This document shows, one piece after another, positions 49,687 to 61,853 of a DNA stretch of 64,000 nt. The position numbers were made by a program, and so were the translations under genes. The notes under the pieces were generated by a model that saw nothing but the letters and a program-made list of their open reading frames with translations, was not told the origin of the DNA and did no database searches. How positions within the stretch are numbered: the stretch's first letter is position 1; every line of letters begins with the position of its first letter. Location: assembly GCF_000981445.1 (NCBI RefSeq), contig NC_027216.1:1302001-1366000 (forward strand). Direction: 5' to 3'. The DNA comes from Babesia bigemina. Its lineage: Eukaryota.

Positions 49687-52037
49687 ATGCGAGGGTACGT
49701 TTATTCGGAGCGGTGCACATTTCTCAACACATCGCCAAGAACACCACATATATTGATTAATTGCCGGAAGCTGGCTCAGAATCGCACTTGCCGGCCTGGT
49801 TGAGCGCGAGATTGTCCGTCTTGGCGCCATGGTGAGAGGCCGTGATTCTCTTATAACTTTGGACGATGTAAGTGCCTGATTTCATCTTTGACTAGCTATG
49901 GTTATGTTAACGCTGACTGATCTTTCGATAACGGATATATGTGGAAAGGGGCAGTATATTTTCTTGCATCCTACCTCCTGTTGTCTACATCCATGATCTG
50001 AGGACTGTGGAACCGAAATTATGACTTACATACCAATAGATAATCTCTAATTGTCGTGTAATGCTTGTATATATGGATGGCTGGCGCCGCTTTTTGAGTA
50101 ATAATCTGAGTGTTTGCCACACTAGTCACATGCGTTTTCAGGTATGCCGTTTCTACCATAATGAAGCAACATTCCCCTCCAAAATTTTGGACCTGCCGTC
50201 GGAATCTGACCCGAACGGTCTTGTGAGCATAGGTGAGAACAGCACCACAATATGGGAAAGCGCTTCATAGGTCATCTCCTGGACGAGCAGCTATCCGTTG
50301 GCCACCTCGCCCGCAATGATTTGGTGCTCCTCATTGCGGACAGTGCCCATGGACGGAATTTGTGAGTGAAATTAATACACGGAGCTGCTCACATGGTACA
50401 ACAGGATTGAATATCTATACCGTGAGCGGGTGTTTTCGGCTGACAGGGCTGTGGAGTCGAGGGCAACAGGGCTTTTCTACGTGTACCCGCATCGCGAGGG
50501 AGCGGCGGAGCAACATCATATCGCACATGCAAGATCTTGGCTGCCATCAGGGCTCCATCCAACTGTTCGCAACAAGCTCTTGGAGTCGGTTAAGACGCTC
50601 GATGTGGTGACGATGGAAGACTTCATGAAAAACACGTCGATGTTGCTTATGGAGCTCAGCAACAAACCCTGCGGTGACACCGAGTTGTACAACACGCTCA
50701 TTGAGTCCGTAGTACAGGACCGTGCGTCGCGTGTCCTGTTAATTCTGGACTCTCGCTCCGCGAGGTCGGACAACTTCATGGCCCTCATGAATAGCGTGGT
50801 AACCGTGATCGAGAGCGGTCAGATGAACAAACTACACTTGTTCGTGCACTTCTGCGAAAGCATGATCGGTGATGACAAGGTGGCGGACACCCTCCGGCAA
50901 TTAGACGATGCGCTTCGTGCCGCATTCAAGGGCAGGTATGACGAAACTCTGTCGAAAGCACTATTGACCCCACCTTAGGCCATATGAACATGAAATGCAC
51001 AAACTCTCGTTCAACCCTGTTTCCGTTCCAACGGACGTGCGGCTCAAGGCACACCTCCTCGGGGCAAGCAGGAAGAAGCTCGCAAGCTTCCTTACTCGCA
51101 TTCGCAGTCCACACTTCACCTTCGACTCCATACGCGGAGACGCAGACTCTGCGTGCGAGAGCGGATCGCAAGCAAACACACAGGCTGCTCCGGCCCCAAT
51201 GAGCGGTAGTTTCGAACCCCATTCGGAGAGCGACCACGAGGAGGACGATGCCGATCACAGCATGAACAGCCTTCGCGAAATTATGCAAAAGGTTACGACG
51301 GATAAGATTAGCGCGTCGCTAGATAAACTGGAACGCGATGTCGCTAGGCTATACGCAATATCTAGCAGGTTTGTGCCTACCACCTAGCGATGATACGCTT
51401 TGCAAGGCACGTCCGAGAGGACCGGTCCAAGGAGCTGACCAACATTATCGCTGCTTTTCAAGGTACGATCAAACAGCAAGTGCGCATATGCCGATGTCAG
51501 GGAGGTTCCAACACGTCCAAAATTGCATTGCCCTCGTGGTCGTAACGGCGAGCGTTTTCATTCACCTCCTCTCGTTCATGCAGCTGGACAGGTCAGAAAT
51601 GAGGTACGTGGGCGCGCGACCATTAACACTAACAAGCCTCAGCGAGAACGGAAAGTCACGTGCGGCGGCTCCATGGTGGCTTAATGCGCTAGCGCAACGG
51701 TGTATGTTTTCAAAGGCTACTTGTTTCACTGCGTTGTGCAGATACAATCAAGCAATGGGCCGCCTTTTACGCTTGCTTCATAATTTACTACGCGGTGATG
51801 TGGTTTGTCGGCACCAAGTTCTGCTACACCGAGGAGCTTGACCGTGAGAAGTATTCCAACCACAAGGTAAGATTAAACGGTACGTTAGCAGCTAAACATC
51901 CGCAGACGGCATTGCATCGCCTAGAAGCTGTTCAATCACGTCTAAAGCAGTTAAAGACTACCCAGCAGTACAACGGTGGGTCGGACGATGCCCTACCCCG
52001 TCGCCGCCGCCAAGTTGCGTCGGGGCAGCCGGAGTGA
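49687..52037 (+). CDS. Hypothetical multi-exon protein with two C-terminal TM helices
   Basis: Hand-spliced from ATG 49687 (MRGIALAGLVEREIVRLG...). Many short GT-AG introns plus one of 274 nt. TM segments IALVVVTASVFIHLLSF and FYACFIIYYAVMWFVG. Confidence 0.6.
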
Positions 52038-52283
52038 GGGGTACACATGACGGCTACGATAGCCATGACACACTAACGAGATCGTAATCATCCCTGTTCT
52101 ACCAAATGTTCCATGGCAATTGTGTCTGTGGTCTCAAAGCACCACCGACGCCACACGAGCCTGTGGGTTACCGATGCTGCGGCGACGTACCGCTACACAT
52201 TTGCCATCCTTTTCACCAATCATCCTATAATAGGACTTTTTGTTACACATACATCTCGTTTGTGTTTTCCACCAGTGACAAAA

Positions 52284-52745
52284 ATGGTAAGGCTATCTAG
52301 TGTGACGCGTTTGCGTGTTCTCGCTTCCGATGCGTTAACGTTCGGAGATGTCTACACACGTAGCGTCCCAGAAAGCAACGTGTATGAAATCGTGTATGCT
52401 GTCACTTACTTCGTTACAGGCTGACAAAATCCCTACCCAGTCCACCATGATCGGCGGCCAGCGTATGGCACCCAGGTAAGCGCGTGACAATAGTCTAATC
52501 ATCCCACGTCAGGAAAAGGGCGCAGTCCGAGACCAACACTGCCGGAACCAGGACCAACATGCCGGTTAATTCGGGTTTCCAGCGCTATTACGGTTTTGCG
52601 ACCTCCTCCATCCAGATGTGAGTTTGCCCTGTTCTCACAGTCATCGTCGCTCAGGGGCCCCCAGGCCGTTCTGCTGTTAGCTATCATATACATGGGAGCT
52701 GTCGTCGTCATGCATATCGTTTCTCGCATCAAGACGTCCATTTAA
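52284..52745 (+). CDS. SEC61B: Sec61 translocon beta subunit, 4 exons; missed by the ORF track
   Basis: M|ADKIPTQSTMIGGQRMAPR|KRAQ...FQRYYGFATSSIQM|GPQAVLLLAIIYMGAVVVMHIVSRIKTSI*. Typical tail-anchored Sec61beta. Confidence 0.9.
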
Positions 52746-52825
52746 TGCGACATTGGTGTTGGGTGAATAATGCGAACAAAAGATAAGATAATTTTATAAC
52801 AGTCAAGAAACTCGTTATATGCGTG

Positions 52826-53392
52826 CTATTGTTTTTGTTGCCATAGATCGAAATAGGTGCGTATCCTTTGCGTCTGTGAATGTTTTGTTTGTGTCCGTGT
52901 TGTGGAACTAACTAGTTGTTGTAGCTGTTGTAGTTCCTCCGAGTTGAGTGATGTGAGTCGGTCGCCGTTTCTGCGTGGTGTTTGTGGGCGCGCATGTGCG
53001 TGTTAAGCGTACCTGTCAATAAAGCAGACGACCGGCTCGAGTTTGCCGTCGGCGTCGCGCTTCCCGCGGAAGACGAAGAACTTCTTGCCCGACGGCAGCT
53101 GCACGGAGGTGAGAACGAGCAGATACAGTGCGATCAACGCATCCACCAGCTTCACACGCAGCTGGAAACAACAGTGTGGTGCTACCGATGTAGCTCATTA
53201 AGTATCAGCCAGTCGGTTGAGCGGACATGCATGGACGCCAACCTCGATGAGACGGGAACGCTTGTTAGCAGGTGGCGGCCAGTACGCGTAACGCACGTTG
53301 ATGCGTAGACCTGGCGAATGGACGTAGGTTGTCCAAAAGGGAGTTGGCGTGCCACCGCGCAGCCTAGACAGCCGGCAGCACTGGGCGAGCAT
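52826..53392 (-). CDS. Putative ~147-aa spliced hypothetical protein within repeat copy 1
   Basis: Exons 53243-53392, 53013-53161 and 52826-52970 join in frame via GT-AG introns: ...LRVKLVDALIALYLLVLTSVQLPSGKKFFVFRGKRDADGKLEPVVCFIDRNGDRL... The first exon is uncertain. Confidence 0.45.
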
Positions 53393-53726
53393 TGCTCAGG
53401 GCGGCGCTACTGGCAGCTGCTGTGACACATTTGCGCATCTATCAGGCACCTGAGCGAGGTTGGCGGCGGCGTGTCCGCTGCAGTGTTTCGGCGGCACGTC
53501 CTTTGTGTAGTCGTCGGCCGCCGTACTGGCGCGCGGGAACGCAACTGGCGTCAGTCCCACCGTGGAAGCTAACCTCCACGAGTCAGCAACGCACGTCACA
53601 AATCGGCGTCGACACACCTGCGCCACGCATTAACACCTTAGCAGCCATTAACCAGCAGAAGCAACACCGGACACGGCACACTACCTCCCTCACCACCTAA
53701 ACGGACGCAGATGTCGCACGTGGATG
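52831..53726. repeat. 896-bp direct repeat, copy 1
   Basis: Matches 58448-59343 (offset 5617). Only four differences found by eye (52934, 53128, 53473, 53720). Confidence 0.97.
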
Positions 53727-53791
53727 TAGTGAATATTTTCGCATCGTGGCATAGACATTCCACTAAATTATGTCTTATTGATGTCGGAAAT

Positions 53792-55679
53792 ATGGCATCG
53801 CTGCCGATTCGGACTTACACATTGGCTCCTTTCAGCGAGCTAAGGATTGTCAGTCACGACTCACATGATGGCATACCTGTGCTCCCTTCCGTCAAGGTAG
53901 GTTTAGCACGCATTCTACTGCTCTCGTTATGAATGTTTTACGCTTTCACGCTACAATTGGCATCGTCTGGTCTAATAATATCGCAGCTGCTTAACACGCC
54001 GGCGGCTGCGGCGGACCTTCTACCGAATATGCGCGGTACTGCGGAAATCTACGGCCGAGAACTTGCTCCTGATGTAGATCGCACGATAGAGGAAGGCGAA
54101 AAACTCGCCGTGTTTACGTGGGTCGGGTGTTCCGTTCAGGTCAAAGGCATGGTGGAACAGGTATGTTCTTTACGCATGTTTGAGTGGTCATTTTCTGTGA
54201 TTAGGAGTACGACGGCGAGGATCACGCTATGAAGGAGTATCTTAATGTTGCCAACGTGCTGAATGCGGAGAGGGAATTGGCCTCAGTGAAAAGGACCCAA
54301 GGACCAAGGGTACGCCACCGCACGGAGCCAATAAACCTTTGCAGGTTTTAATCACCGGCGCGCCATCTAGTGGCAAATCAACTGTGGCGATGCTATTGTG
54401 CAACTATGCACTGCGAGGTGGTTGGACACCCGTTTTTGTCGAGGCTGACCCGAGAGCATCAACGGACAAACGTCAAATACAATTTTACCCAGGCACCATC
54501 GGAGCCACGGTCGTCACGAACGCAGCGGAAATGGATTCTAAGAATCCATTGGTGTATTTTTATGGTTACTCCGGCGCGCAGGAGAACGAAAAACTCTATC
54601 TTCAAGTAGGCTGAAGCGGCGTCCCACTGATATTACGGCAGATTTCGAAATCGATGGGAGCCTCATTGGACGCCATGATGGAGAACTCCTCCCAGACCCA
54701 ACCCCATAGCAGACGCTCAGACGAGGTCTCGGACATGGGCAAATACATCGCAGCTTCAGGTAATGTGACTGCTGCGCCGAGCGATCATCTGTTGAAGGCA
54801 TGATCATCAACGCGCCGTATTCGGCAAACCGCGACCTGATCGTAAAACTCGCCGAAATATACTCGGTGTCGCTTATACTCGTCATAGACAGTCCTTCAGT
54901 GCGTCAGGACCTGGTCCGCACGTTCGCCGCCATCAGGGATGGTCAGCGCGCCGCCACTCCGCTTACAGGCGTTCGAGGGGACGTGGCCCCGGGAGCGTTG
55001 GGCAACCTTGCATTCCAGGAAACACCAGAACAGAAGGCACATACTCAGTCGGATTTAAATGAGACGCAAACTGCTTTCGATGGTGCCGATGCCTCCGATG
55101 ACAAGGCGACGAGGGAGGTGACGGTGCTGGCGATAAACAAGCTGGAGGGCGTCGTGCCCGTCGACCTGGAGAGGGTCAAGTACCTCAACAGCAGGTGCTG
55201 GAAACGGTACTTTCAGCGTACAAATGCAGGTGAAATGCACGTGATCCGGTTTCCGATGGAAAACGTCAAACTCGTGGTATTAGAGACTTCCGTCGCACTG
55301 TCCAAGGACGCGCTGCCTACGGACGACACGGGGTACATGACGCGGAACGAAGTATACGCGTCGATGTGGAACGGAGATCCGTTTTCACTAACGAACGGTG
55401 TACTTGGCATACCTGCAGCTGACGATGCCACGCTTATACCCTACTGCAATCTGCTCGGGTTCGTACTGGTGAGAAAAGTTGAGGTAAATTCTGCCGTATA
55501 GTACTTTCATTCTCATTTAGGAGAGGGCGCAGCAGCCTGACGCGGAAACGGATGGTGAGCCGGCCCCACGCACCTACGTGATGGAGGTGCTCTGCCCCGC
55601 TGTATACTCACCTTCGTCTCTCCCTGCGTACCTTCTGGTCGCGGGGAACCAACGAGTTATGAGGTGGCAGACCATATGA
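53792..55679 (+). CDS. CLP1: Polyribonucleotide 5'-kinase / cleavage factor CLP1, multi-exon
   Basis: YTLAPFSELRI, GTAEIYGRELA, KLAVFTWVGC, GPRVLITGAPSSGKST...LCNYALRGGWTPVFVEADP, PGTIGA, PLVYFYG and SGMIIN. Confidence 0.93.
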
Positions 55680-56135
55680 ACTCAGATATTTCGCACTAAC
55701 AATGCCTCTGCCAACGTGAACATGTCACCCATTGTTGCGACCGTTGCCAGCACGCACAACGGACCGAGCGATTTGCGTTTCGCAGCATCGTTGGCAAAGC
55801 CGTCACGCCAAATGGGCGTTCTGCACGCAACACAAAGTGGGTAAACGCTGTTTGCACAAATACTAGCTGACATTACATTTAACATTCAAACGTTGGAGAC
55901 AACGGTAGCGGCAATACCATGCGCGCGCCAGCGCCTCTGCTAAAGCGCGAAACGTCGTTGTATGGGAAGGACATGATACGGCCACAAGTGTGGCGTGAAG
56001 ATCGGCCGTACCGACATAACCTGAGGCGAGGGGATTATCATGAGTTAAACATCTCCGCCCGAAAGATTACACCCGCCGTCATGGAAGAAAGCACTAGCGT
56101 TGAACAAAACCACCTTCCAACAACTTCATCTCATT

Positions 56136-56817
56136 TTAGTTCATCAGTTCCACTTCTCGGTTGAAGAACCACTCGTAGAAGATGTCATCAGTGTGTTGTA
56201 GAAACCAGTCACCTGCGTGAAAAGGGTTGTACTTGGAACATAGCAGGGACAAACTAGGTGAATGCCGCGCTGGCTTAGGACCACCTTTCCTAACGCGCGC
56301 GAAATGACTGCGAAGCGTCTGATCAAACGCGGTGTCCAAAATGCTGCTGCCAGGGTGTCCGTTTGTCAGTTTGCGTAAAAAGTCACCAACGTTGCCACGG
56401 TAGTTTTTAATAGTGGGTAACATCCGCAATACCGAACCAATAAACTTATTATGCATACCAAGAATAGCTTCAATGTTGACGCGCCACAGATCCCATGTCT
56501 TCTCCCAGACCAGCCACAGCAGCTGGGCAGCCATCTTCTCCGAGTCGTTGTTGTAGAAGGCGCACTTCTGAGGGAAGCTACAGAATCCCATCGATATCAT
56601 CTTGCATTTACGCGTCTTGTAGACAATAGGGTGGAAGATGATCTCCAGCCTGGTGTGGGCTAGCGGACACGTGCCGTCCGTGCACCCCTTCGCCAGTGGG
56701 CACTCTATCGGTAAATAGAAGTGCACATTCGGGTCCCTTCTTTTGAACTTGCTCGACAGGAAAGGGTAGGCCCGTGTGGAATCATAATTTATCGTCAGTG
56801 GTACAGCGTTCTCCATT
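56136..56817 (-). CDS. Unkempt-like tandem CCCH zinc-finger protein, paralogue 1
   Basis: KRRDP...CP-X4-C-X4-CPLAH..LEIIFHPIVYKTRKC-X7-C-X5-CAFYN. Confidence 0.8.
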
Positions 56818-58436
56818 TTCGCTAGCTTAGAAGCGTGTTTAAGCTGCGCATACACAGGAATTGTCTTAAGGGCGTCCGTTATTCAGTTGGCGCTGAAAAG
56901 ATGCGTTGACAAACACAGTGAACGTACAGTGTAGTGTAGGGGCAGGAGACAGAATGGAGGCGCGACGTTGCCACACACAGCTGCGAGCCCTCTCTACCCT
57001 ACAACAGGACCACAAGCGATCTTACCGATACCTGTCCGCGTCCACCACCGTAAAACGTGGAATCCACACTTACACGGCTTCCAATATCCAGTATGAGAGC
57101 AGCGCATACAAGTTATAAGTGATGTGTTGCAGCGCAGAAGGTTTAACTGATCTCAGCGATGTGGCGGTGTCGGCCGCGAAGCATCCACGGTACCTTCAAT
57201 TACTCTAAAAGTTGCATAACTGAAAACAAATGTTATCGTTGAGCTATAGAATCCTGTTATCTACGCCCTCCTTCCATGACCACAAGAATATAAACGCACG
57301 GTAACGAATGGCCTTCTACATCAACATTGGGCTTACAACATGTGCGTATTGCGTCTCCAATACAAGGTGCTCAATCTAGTAGCAAAATAGGGCTATATCA
57401 GTTGATCACAGCCGCAAAAGCTTAGAATTGCGGAAAGGTGGAATCATGTAGTGCAAGAAAATCCGTTTCGCACAATACACTCATGACAATGGCTGCAGCT
57501 CATACCCAAAGCAAAATACGCACCCTATGGCAATCTTCTCAAATCCATTGACTCTTACAATACACACCCGTGAGTGGGGATTTCTGCGGCACAGTTCAGC
57601 GTGTATTAACTTGGTGCCTCGCAGGTCTTGAACACAGAGGGCACCGGGTGAACAAAGCGAACAGTAGATGGATACGAATATTAGAAATCCATATACTCTC
57701 TTCCCCAAACGTTGCAGAGCTGCCTACAAACTCCGAAAGATGGCAGCTGACAACATATGCCACCGAAGACCGTATTATACACACATGGCTACACAAAAAT
57801 CGTATAACCACGCAACTGCAGTAGATATCAAAGTAGAAGTTATTCTTGAACCTTGGAATAATGGTCAAATATGTGAGGAATCTTAATCATGGGGCCTGAA
57901 AAAGAGCACATTATCCTTCAACGACTCTACAAACTGCGCATGAGGCTCATCAAATGACACAAAATTAGCTCATAACACGCTAAAGGTAACAATATGTGCA
58001 TTTTTGTCTCAATTTTAGGATAGTTCGAAATATGACTACCCTCTAGCCTGCAGGGCGAATGGTTTTTTGGCTTGAACCAGCGTGTGAACAACCTCGGAAT
58101 TCCGTAAATACCGGCAAGCACGTAGCAACACCAATATCCGATTTTTATCTCACAGGACTCCTAGAACCCGTATAGGTTGCAGTTTAAAACATACGACTTC
58201 GAATTCATCCCTATTTTGGAAACACACAGAAAAAGACATCGCCGCGATATACTAGGTAATGTGCAAGATGCATTTGTCTAGATCTACATTTTCAACGGGC
58301 ATGTAGTGATTTCAAAGCCACGCAGACAACATTTGCATTCCTGAAACGCAAACATAAATAACAATTTGACGCGATCATAGCGACCACCACCATAAAAACC
58401 CATCATGCAGCCGTACGAAGTAAAACAAGAATAGCA

Positions 58437-59009
58437 TTATCCCAGACGTTTTTGTTGCCATAGATCGAAATAGGTGCGTATCCTTTGCGTCTGTGAATGT
58501 TTTGTTTGTGTCCGTGTTGTGGAACTAACTAGTTGTTGTAGCTGTTGTAGCTCCTCCGAGTTGAGTGATGTGAGTCGGTCGCCGTTTCTGCGTGGTGTTT
58601 GTGGGCGCGCATGTGCGTGTTAAGCGTACCTGTCAATAAAGCAGACGACCGGCTCGAGTTTGCCGTCGGCGTCGCGCTTCCCGCGGAAGACGAAGAACTT
58701 CTTGCCCGACGGCAGCTGCACGGAGGTGAGAACGAGCAGATACACTGCGATCAACGCATCCACCAGCTTCACACGCAGCTGGAAACAACAGTGTGGTGCT
58801 ACCGATGTAGCTCATTAAGTATCAGCCAGTCGGTTGAGCGGACATGCATGGACGCCAACCTCGATGAGACGGGAACGCTTGTTAGCAGGTGGCGGCCAGT
58901 ACGCGTAACGCACGTTGATGCGTAGACCTGGCGAATGGACGTAGGTTGTCCAAAAGGGAGTTGGCGTGCCACCGCGCAGCCTAGACAGCCGGCAGCACTG
59001 GGCGAGCAT
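58437..59009 (-). CDS. Putative spliced hypothetical protein within repeat copy 2 (paralogue)
   Basis: Same exon structure; differs by L>V and a synonymous GAA>GAG; ends WQQKRLG* versus WQQKQ* in copy 1. Confidence 0.45.
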
Positions 59010-59343
59010 TGCTCAGGGCGGCGCTACTGGCAGCTGCTGTGACACATTTGCGCATCTATCAGGCACCTGAGCGAGGTTGGCGGCGGCGTATCCGCTGCAG
59101 TGTTTCGGCGGCACGTCCTTTGTGTAGTCGTCGGCCGCCGTACTGGCGCGCGGGAACGCAACTGGCGTCAGTCCCACCGTGGAAGCTAACCTCCACGAGT
59201 CAGCAACGCACGTCACAAATCGGCGTCGACACACCTGCGCCACGCATTAACACCTTAGCAGCCATTAACCAGCAGAAGCAACACCGGACACGGCACACTA
59301 CCTCCCTCACCACCTAAACGGACGCAGATGTCGCACATGGATG
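58448..59343. repeat. 896-bp direct repeat, copy 2
   Basis: Near-identical to 52831-53726; the ORF track shows the same set of ORFs. Confidence 0.97.
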
Positions 59344-59429
59344 CCAATGTGTACAAATTTGTATTTCCCTGTAAGTTGTGGGACATATTTCGGCTAATTT
59401 AATCCGGATGCGCCATCGTTGGTTTTCTG

Positions 59430-60956
59430 ATGTCGGTTCTTCTCCGGCACACCCTTTGCATCGGGAGGGCTATTAGGCAAAGCAGGAAATTCAGCTCTAC
59501 AAACGTCGAATCTATCACAAGATGTACCGCAGTGGCGCCAATTGCCATCCCTGATGCTATACTGGCATCGTCGATTCACAGTCCTCAAGTTACAAGGAGA
59601 CCAGGAGAAATAATCGATATTGCAAAGGTGATAAGGAATCACTGGTCATGCCCAGGTATTTACACAACATATACTTTCATCTATGATTAGCGGTTGGCTT
59701 CAACAGCATCCTTGAAATCCCCGTCCACGTTTTCGAAGGCGAAAATGGAGTGCCGCGACCTCGTAGATTCGCACAAGTACCCAATGACATCTTCGGATTG
59801 CCTATAAGGCCAGACATACTGCACCGCTGTTACACGTTTTATCGCAGAGCTAAAGCCGGATACAGCGAAGACATGCAGCTGTACAAGTGGGAATGGCCCG
59901 GTAGCACCCGTAAGTGGCGAAAGCAGCAAAAGACAGGGAAGGCGCGCATTGGGTGGAAAAAATCTCCCGGTAAATACCTCGGCGTCTTTGCGCACCCTAT
60001 AAGACCAATGGACCATCGGACAAAGATTCAACGCAGGGGTGAGTGTCATTCACTGCAATGCAATAGTCGCAGTGCTCTGGGTCGGACTCAAGGTTATGCT
60101 GTCGGTGAAATTCACGCAATCTCAAATCAATGTGGTGGATTCCTTCCTCATGAAGTCACATAAGACGAAGTATGCCGTTGACAATCTTCGGCGCATATTA
60201 GGTGTGTATTTTCAATCACTTGGAATAAGACTACGCAGGAAACAATTGCAATTCGGCGCTGCTCGTTTTTTGTGGTAATAATGACGCCAATGAGAACTTC
60301 AGATGGGCAACTGCAAACATACCTGCTGTTAAAATTGAGACTGTGGAGGTAAATGATTCGTGAATTTCAATCGAAAAATGTGTTGTAGGGGGTTAACGTG
60401 TACAACCTCTTGAAGTATAGACAGCTGGTTTTAACAGAAGCCGCGCTGAAGAAACTTATACATCTTATAGAGGGTTACCCGCGTAAAATGGACTGGTTAC
60501 CTAGGTATGAAGTGCCTTAACGTTGGATGATGAGTGCAACAGATTCGCGACTCCGAACAACATTCCGGCTCCTATTCCGGAAAAGGTACAAGGGTGGAAC
60601 AAAGTATGGAGAGAAAGCCGCATGGGAAGAAAACTTGCTTCACAAAGCAAGGTATGGGGTGTCCTCTCTCTAATATATTTCATCAGGAGCAATGGCTGGA
60701 ACAGGTAAAAAATTGGAAATGGTCGTCTGAACCTAAAGGCGCGCTAAAAGTGCCGCGCTATGATCCTTTGGAAGATTTTAGATTGGTGCACATCTCAAAT
60801 GATGTAACTCAAGATGCTAAAGTACGCTTCCAGTATCTGTACGATTCATTGTTCGACCCAACGGAAACCCTTACCATTGACGATGACCAAATGGAAGTGG
60901 TAGGTTGTTGAGTATAAATAAAAACAACTATGCAGGAGCATGATGGGACCATTTAG
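59430..60956 (+). CDS. Mitochondrial ribosomal protein uL4m, multi-exon
   Basis: Presequence-like N-terminus; DIFGLPIRPDILHRC, GSTRKWRKQQKTGKARIG, TANIP and GVNVYNLLKYRQLVLTEAAL. Confidence 0.9.
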
Positions 60957-61853
60957 CGAAACTTACAGAATCGTTAAATATCAGTACTCACTGCCCAGCG
61001 TATCACCGATATGCGGTGTTAACGACGTCGTATACGGAACCGAAGGCAGAGTGTGAGCGCTCGAAACACTATGCGACAGGCTCACATCTCTAAAAGAATA
61101 GTTCTTGTAGAAGAACGGAGGTGGAGGAAATCCAGACGCAAAATCCTCCATCATGACTTATGAGCTCAACGCATGAAACTAGCTCCACATAACAACACAA
61201 CAATACCCAACAATAATACAATAGCATCAATGAGTGGTGATACGTGCCACGCTGTGAACTGGCAGATATTATTCAGCTGGGAAGTGTACGTTTGCTTATC
61301 GTGGAGTATGAGGTCATACCGACCGTACCATTGTTAAATAGGGTACTAGATTAACGCATGACGAATCATAACAAGCGGATACTTCGAAACGTGATTGACG
61401 AAGAGTTTACGAGTTACTTCCAAATGCCTTTCAGCACAGTCGACATCCCACAAGACCCAACACGGCCGCATCGAACATCCGACGCCTAGACAATGATGCA
61501 ACTTACACACTGCAATTACTCCTCGCAAAGTAACATGCTGAGTATATACAAAACCGCTGCAGACGTCATCTCCTTTGAGGCGGGCGCCACACACGCAGAC
61601 GGACAATAAACCGAAACAGCGAACAATCTTTCTTATCGCACAACTACATAAGTTTTAACGCATACAACCCCTTAAAGAAAACAATCCGCACGACAGACGC
61701 ACGACAGATGGCGGTAGACAGGATCCATGCCGGGCGTGCAATCATCCGGTGCTAGACAACATCACACAGAATTAATGAGATTCCATTTTATATCATTTTG
61801 CAAAACTAGATACGACGGTGTGTCAACAACAAATCCACTTTACACATTCGACT

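Noticed and set aside
52982..53700. Plus-strand ORFs (108 and 102 aa) within the repeat
   Set aside because: Non-ATG starts and no motifs; the minus-strand spliced model with canonical introns is more coherent.
52831..53726. Repeat as an autonomous transposon or LTR pair flanking CLP1
   Set aside because: No transposase/RT motifs, TIRs, TG...CA ends or target-site duplication; the interior contains ordinary cellular genes.
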